Assembly (NCBI GenBank): GCA_000165425.1
Contig: CT868000.1
Span: forward strand, 240,173-297,279
From: Paramecium tetraurelia
Lineage: Eukaryota
Length of the DNA stretch: 57,107 bases
Direction of reading: 5' to 3'
Part shown: positions 51,002 through 57,107 of the stretch, piece after piece
How the letters are laid out: the number at the start of each line of letters is the position of its first letter
Numbering within the stretch: the stretch's first letter is position 1
The notes under the pieces: model-generated
What the model saw: the letters and a program-made list of their open reading frames with translations, nothing else
What the model was told of the DNA's origin: nothing
The model's database searches: none
Program-made: the position numbers and the translations under genes

Positions 51002-52253
51002 ATGTTTTAATCTCTATTGAATTTAAAGTACATATTCATGCATTTATATTTTAGATATTCATGGTAACAAAGTAGTAAGGAAGATATAAATAACAAAGAA
51101 TTGGTCGATGCCGCAATAAGCATTTTAGGCTTCAGTATAAAAAATCTGCCTTCTGAAGTAAATTACATGTTTATTTTTTTAGAAGAAAAAAGAAATTATT
51201 CAACAAATATATAGTCGAACAATATGGTTTACATATCGTAAAAATTTCCCTTAAATTTTAAGTATTAAGAAACATAATTATTTAGACAGCTAATAAACTT
51301 CTGATGCTGGTTGGGGTTGTATGTTAAGGTCAGGCTAAATGATATGGGCTTAGATTTTGAGAGTTCATATTAGGTAAAAGAAATAGCATAGCAAAGATTA
51401 TCAATATAAATTACTTTGCGCTTTTTCAGATGATGATGATGATGAACATAAAAAAATGTTTACAGATAATTTCAAACTTTGTTTAAGCCCTTATTCAATA
51501 CAAAAAATTGAAGCCATATCATAAATAAAATTTTCTATGAAGCCCTGTTAATGGTATAGACCTGATTAGATTTTGAATGCACTATCATTATTACATTAAT
51601 AAAAATAACTTGAAGGAAGTGAAGATTTAGAAATAACTATATCTGATAGTCTGCTGTATGATAGATTGTATTCAGAAATGTATGGTCTAAAAATGGATTG
51701 TGAACATATAGTTAATGAAATAAAATAAGATAAAAATAAAGAAATATCAAAAATCTGTAATATTTGCCAAAAGAAAGATCCAAAAGCTTTAGCAATCTTT
51801 TTCATAACAAGAATTGGATTGGATGAAATTAATAAGGAATATTTACCTTTTTTAAATGATTTAATAGATTTGCCACAATTTTAAGGGATTATAGGAGGAA
51901 GAGATGATAAAGCCTATTACATTCTTGGAAGAGTAAACAAACGATTAATTTATTTGGATCCTCACTATATCTAGGAACATATTAATAGAGGGAATGTTGT
52001 GATGCTGAAAGATACTTTCTTTTGTAAAGATGTTAAATATATTAATGAGGAATAAATGAGTCCATCCATAGCTTTGGGATTTTACTGCTAAAATCAATCA
52101 GAATTAGATAAATTCTTTAATTCTATTGAATAAATTAAAAAGAATTACGATAATGAAAAAACCTTTGGTTATATTAGTAGGATAACTCCAAACTCGTATA
52201 TCATTGGATTTGATGAAAATGATATTCTTGTGATTAAAGAAGATGAAATTTGA
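51002..52253 (+). CDS. ATG4: Autophagy cysteine protease ATG4 (peptidase C54)
   Basis: IWFTYRKNF, SDAGWGCMLRSGQM, GIIGGR, IYLDPH, MSPSIALGFYC. Confidence 0.93.
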
Positions 52254-52477
52254 TTAAGATATATCTGGTTACCAAAATTAATTGTAATATTAGTTTTTTC
52301 ATTTATATCTCTTTATCGTCTTCTAAAACTCTTGTCAACAATAAACTGAGATTTACATTAAAATCTAGAAAAATATGATTCTTATACATTCTAGAAAATC
52401 TAACATTCTTAAAAGGGCTTTCTCAACTTTATATTGTAGAAATTGTAATTTGTGATTAAATAATAATTTGTGCAATT

Positions 52478-53460
52478 ATGTTTAAAGTGATATACATTAG
52501 AAATGCAGATCCAGTCTTCTTCACAGAGTTGGACGACAGATTATAAAATTGCCTAAGAAAGCTGGGAGTAGATGTAATATAGGTCGAATTAGAAGAACTC
52601 TATTTTGAATGGGAAGCTGGAGTAATCTTAAATCCTAAATATATATAGAAAATCTCTTTCTACAATAAAGGAGAGTTAATAGACTTTGATGGTGTTATGA
52701 ATTGGGGTTACATGAGTCCTAAACATATGTAGGACTTTAACTATTTCATCGAAGCAGCAGAGAGTGCTGGCAAAGTCACTTTACATTCCACTAATGCTGA
52801 AAAGATATTACAAAGCAAATTACTATAAGGACTCAGATTTGCTAAACATGGAGTACCTATCCCTAAAAGTATGGCTGCTTTTACAGTGAATGCAATTAAA
52901 TAAACTGTTAGATCTAATTTTACTTAATAAGAAAAGGGAGTTGTAAAGGCATTAGATGGATATGGTGGAGATGGAGTATAACTAGCCAGAGGTTAAGATG
53001 AGATAATTAGCATGGCTTCAAAGGAGGTTTGGAAGAATCATTAATCCGTAATATAGAAATTCATTCCTGATTCAATTGGAAGGTCAGTAAGAGCCCTCTG
53101 TATGAATGGTCAGTTAATTTTAGCTTGTGAATTTAGTGATACAGGATCAGTAAAATCTCTTTTATATTATAGGACTTCCGATCAAATAATGGTTATCATG
53201 AATCATTGAAATTAGTCAATAAGATGGATTAATTCAAAAGATACGAAGAAGTTGCTCTTAAGGCAGTTAATGCAATTGAACAAAATCTAACTATTGGAGG
53301 GGTTGATATCTTAGATTCAGAAGTTCACGGATTACAAGTTTTGGAAGTTAATGGATGGTCAGACCTTTGGGACTCTGAGAGAATAACTGGAATTGACACA
53401 TTCTAAAAAGTGGCAGAAAGTTATCTAGCCAGATTAAAAAGACATTATCACAAGGAATGA
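52478..53460 (+). CDS. RimK/LysX-family ATP-grasp ligase
   Basis: GVPIPKS, VVKALDGYGGDGVQL, VIQKFIP, SVRALC, DFRSN, GGVDIL, VLEVNG; intron near 53150-53172. Confidence 0.85.
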
Positions 53461-53582
53461 AGAATGATTATTTAGTAAATAGAAGTTCAATTAGATTTTT
53501 TAATCCAAAAAATTTTAGTTTTATTCATTAAAAAATACACATTATTGATTAATTCTAAAATCAATTGATTAATAATATAGAA

Positions 53583-56500
53583 ATGAAAAAAATTATCATT
53601 CTATTGTTTATTATAAATTTCCATTTTATTAATATCATACCAAGATATTTGGTATAACATTCAAACATTGAAATATAAATTATATAAAACAGAATAAAGG
53701 TTTTCAAAAAATAATCAGATAGTAAAAGAACTACAGATTCCCAAAGAATGTCAACAAATTTATAAATTATCCAGCTGATTTAACTTTTCTAATTGTAATT
53801 GCACCATTTTCACATCCAAACTATATAATAATGCTTAAAAAAAATTTACATTTTATATAAAGAAGAATTCTTGGAGAATTTGAATTTCCTTTACTTTCTG
53901 GTTTATTATGCAAAAACCATTATATAGATCCATGGCAATTGCCATCTCAAAGGATTCTGTTATTATTAAAAAAAATAAATGATTAATTTAATTTTGAATT
54001 ATATTTCAATGCTTTAAAAAATTCTGACATATATTGAAGATTTTAATATAGCAATTCGGAAATTTAGTTCTATTTCAATTAGACCATCATTTTTATTTAA
54101 TTTTTCAGTTACTATTGTAACGGATAGAGTGATTTAAAATCTCAATAATATAATACAGAACGCTTATAGTGACTAGTTAATTTCTAATTTAATAAAGGAT
54201 ATTCTTTAAATAACATGTTAATAAACCCTAGTTAAATAAGTAATCTCTTCTAACTAATAAATATAATCTTACATTTACACAGAAAACAAATTTTCATACC
54301 CCACCCCTTAATAATAGATTTTGTTTTAAGAAATCTTTTAGGAGATCCAAAATTATTTCCAAATAGCAATTTGTTAGCTGAACAAGGCAAAACCAATTTA
54401 ATCAATATTTAAAAAGTCTGATGAGATAATACAAGTTATCTTGTTATAATAAATTACATAAAATAAAAATAAATTTTAGAAGATAAGAGATAGAGGCAAT
54501 GATCGAGAATTTTAAGTTTGTTTATAATGTTAGTTCTGAAAAAAAGTGTCATTGAGTCATTAAAAATTTGTAAGTTGATTCTTATTCTAATAAATAACTA
54601 TTAGAAAATATTAGTAAAATACACATTGATATTAAAAGTGAAATTTAATGTATCTCATTTATTAAAATATTTCAAGTCTAAGTTTTGTGTACAAATAAAA
54701 CTTGATTTATATTCAAATTATTAACATCATAAACCCTTTTTTTCTAGATTAGTTGGCCAATATTACACAATATTGAAGGTGTTAATTTATTTATTAAATA
54801 ATACTTAACAATCCACAAAAGATGGTAATTCCATGAAATATTCATATGCCAATATTTAAAGAGAGCTGCTAATGAAGGATCCTATAGGACAGAATTTTAA
54901 TAGGTAAAAAATTGAAAGATTGGTAAGATTTTAATTTTGGTGGAATGACCTAGCAAGTATAATATATAACTTTGTTTATAAATTTTAATTATTATTTTTT
55001 TATCATTTATTTTGTTTTGATGGAGAAAATATAACAGGATTTAGGTGTTTTTGGTGTGACCATCATCATCATAATGTGTTGGTAGCCAAGATCTAGAATA
55101 TAGGAATAAGTGTTTTTGTGCAAAGAATACATTAAGAAAATGTATAAGTTCATTTACGTTAAATGTAAGCACAGGTTCAAATTTACAACTGTATGTTTAT
55201 ATGTTAGACTAAAGAAGTCAACAGAGTTTAAGTAATGTATCTGTATGTGCCACAAGGATATACTACAAATAGAATAAATGGAATAGCTTTGGAATGCCAT
55301 CAACATATTTGCCACATTCACTATTTGTAGGCAAACATACAAGGATAGGATTTTGGTTTTAGTAATAGACTAGCATAGGTGAAGTATTCAAAAACGCAAG
55401 TTGTAAATGTCTAGAAATAAGTAAAAAATTTTAGAAATTCAATGAGCAAATTTGGTTGTATGCTAATGTCAATAAATCAGTTTAAGATGAATAAGTTCAA
55501 GCAGATAGTAATGAGATGCAGCTCTTTAAATTTTTGCTGCAATAAGTTTTATACAAACGATGAATTTATTTGCATATTAGGACATCATCACTTCAACAGT
55601 GTTGCTTATTCTGCCATATATTTGAGCTTGCATATTTTCATGTGTAACTTCGTAGCCTATATAAAGTATTTCATTACTATTACATAATAGATATTCTGAG
55701 TTTGATTTACACAAATTAGTATAGAGTTTTTATTACTGATTTAAGAGCCTCCTATTTTCACCAATTTCATCTCCTTGACTGCGTAGGAGTAATTCTGTAA
55801 CGCCTTGTGATGACCACAGCAATTGACTTATTTCTAAGTATCTTTGACAATATGCTGTCTATTGAACTATCGATCTTTTTAGCTTAGCTTCTGTTTTGAT
55901 GGGGCCAACCCTAATTAATATCAAACCTTTATTAGAATTTATGTGCTGTGTAGTATGAGGTATTCTTTTAACCCTGTCAATATTTAAGAGCGTTGGCAAT
56001 AGTAAGCAAAGACTTAGAATGACAAATAAGGAATACGATATTTTGACAGCACATTAAATTGTTCATTCATGCACATCAGTTTAAAGTATTTTACTCTTTG
56101 AGCTGTGCAAATCCTATTATAACAAGCATCTATGGCAATTAACAGAATGGCCAGCCATCTATATTATAAAAGTCTTAAAATAAACGGAATTTAGTAATGC
56201 TAAAAAGATAAATTAGTACTTTTATGTATTCTATGTTTTAAAGCTAGAATCTGATAATTAGTTTAGCCAAGATCGATTATTATATATCTAATATGCAAAT
56301 AAAAATTATGCACATTCGTCCCTAATTAAGTTTATATTGCCTTTGTTGAAGTAACAAGTTGATTAACAAATGGTAGTTGTTAGTCTCAAAAAAAGATGCA
56401 GTTATGTTGATGATCTCGAGCCATATTTCAATTCATTATGTTCAAGGCTACCATTAGATTTTCAACACATTTTGCATTGCTAAATGAATGCTTTAACTAT

Positions 56501-57107
56501 GTTATAAATATACCAACTTCTTTCTTGTAATTACCGTTTATATAATATTTAATTTATTAAAATATTTAAAGCTTATTTTATTTTAAAGTTGCATGTTAAC
56601 GTAACATCTTGGACAACTTTAGTGTGCATCGCTTCATTATGTAATACCTCTATTTGGTAGTTATATTCGAAATTTCAGCTTTCTGTAATATTACTTTTAG
56701 CTGAGAGGCAGGTTGTAAGCGTATGTGGTCTAGGATGTAATAAAACGTCGTTGAATTAATTTCCAAAGTAATTCTTTATCTGATTAATAAACATACATAA
56801 TAATAGATATTATGATGCAATCAAATGTCTCATTTTTTGCCTAATGGTAGTTATATGAGTCTCCTGTATTATTCAACTATAGTAGTATCTTGAATACAAA
56901 TTATCCAATGAAACCTTCATATTCTAGCTACAGCATGATGCTATATTGACATAGACAAAAGTAATCCATGCTAAACCAAATACCAACAATAGTTGTCAAT
57001 CGAGAACCTTGAAAAGCCATTCAACAGCGTGATGCTTCTATAATTTAAGCAAGTTCTAAAATGGTGGCACAAAAAAAATTTTTTTAATGAAAAATTTAAT
57101 CGTCTTG
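53583..57107. pseudogene. Tract of decayed coding remnants (signal-peptide-like fragment, RING-like and Cys-rich fragments)
   Basis: No intact long code-6 gene could be built. Fragments such as MKKIIILLFII (53583) and CICMCHK / ECHQHICHIH (about 55230-55330) lie in different frames with TGA stops. Confidence 0.4.

Noticed and set aside
8406..51805. Many supplied ORFs (e.g. 8406-8615, 8539-8778, 10500-10703, 17853-18070, 21284-21582, 31803-32036, 38872-39153, 51596-51805)
   Set aside because: They are antisense or off-frame shadows of real code-6 genes and show no motifs.
10291..53460. PrpD, toxin-like gene, LolD-type ATPase and RimK as a bacterial contaminant or operon
   Set aside because: All have spliceosomal introns and TAA/TAG Gln codons, and are dispersed among eukaryotic genes.
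1..57107. Transposons, retained IESs, telomeric repeats, tRNA/rRNA genes
   Set aside because: By eye I found no transposase or RT motifs, terminal repeats, C4A2/C3A3 tracts or RNA-gene signatures. Short IESs or small ncRNAs cannot be excluded without tools.

Overview
This is AT-rich, gene-dense eukaryotic DNA, most likely Paramecium macronuclear genome. It uses the ciliate code (TAA/TAG = Gln, only TGA stops) and has 20-32 nt GT..AG introns, so the supplied ORF track is fragmented and many of its entries are shadow frames. Re-reading in code 6 gives about 33 protein-coding genes. Most are housekeeping or ciliary: TH1-AGC kinase, WDR63/IC140, PrpD, RPS15, cathepsin L, dynein LC4, dual-specificity phosphatase, BRCT protein, CLK, ZNF598, NADP-IDH, SF-assemblin, MORN, DHHC, EFCAB10, LRR, SMARCAL1-like, CXC, NDUFA12, eIF4A-III and ATG4. 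The most unusual element is missed by the ORF track: a minus-strand gene at 12753-13387 whose product resembles the C-terminal domain of bacterial polymorphic toxins, now carrying a signal-peptide-like leader and a spliceosomal intron. Other highlights are a triple Ulp1/C48-like pseudo-protease, an ERK7-like pseudokinase, a stand-alone LolD/MacB-type ABC ATPase, a RimK-type ligase, and recurrent single-base frameshifts at homopolymers (probably assembly errors). All family calls come from motif recognition by eye; no database search was run.
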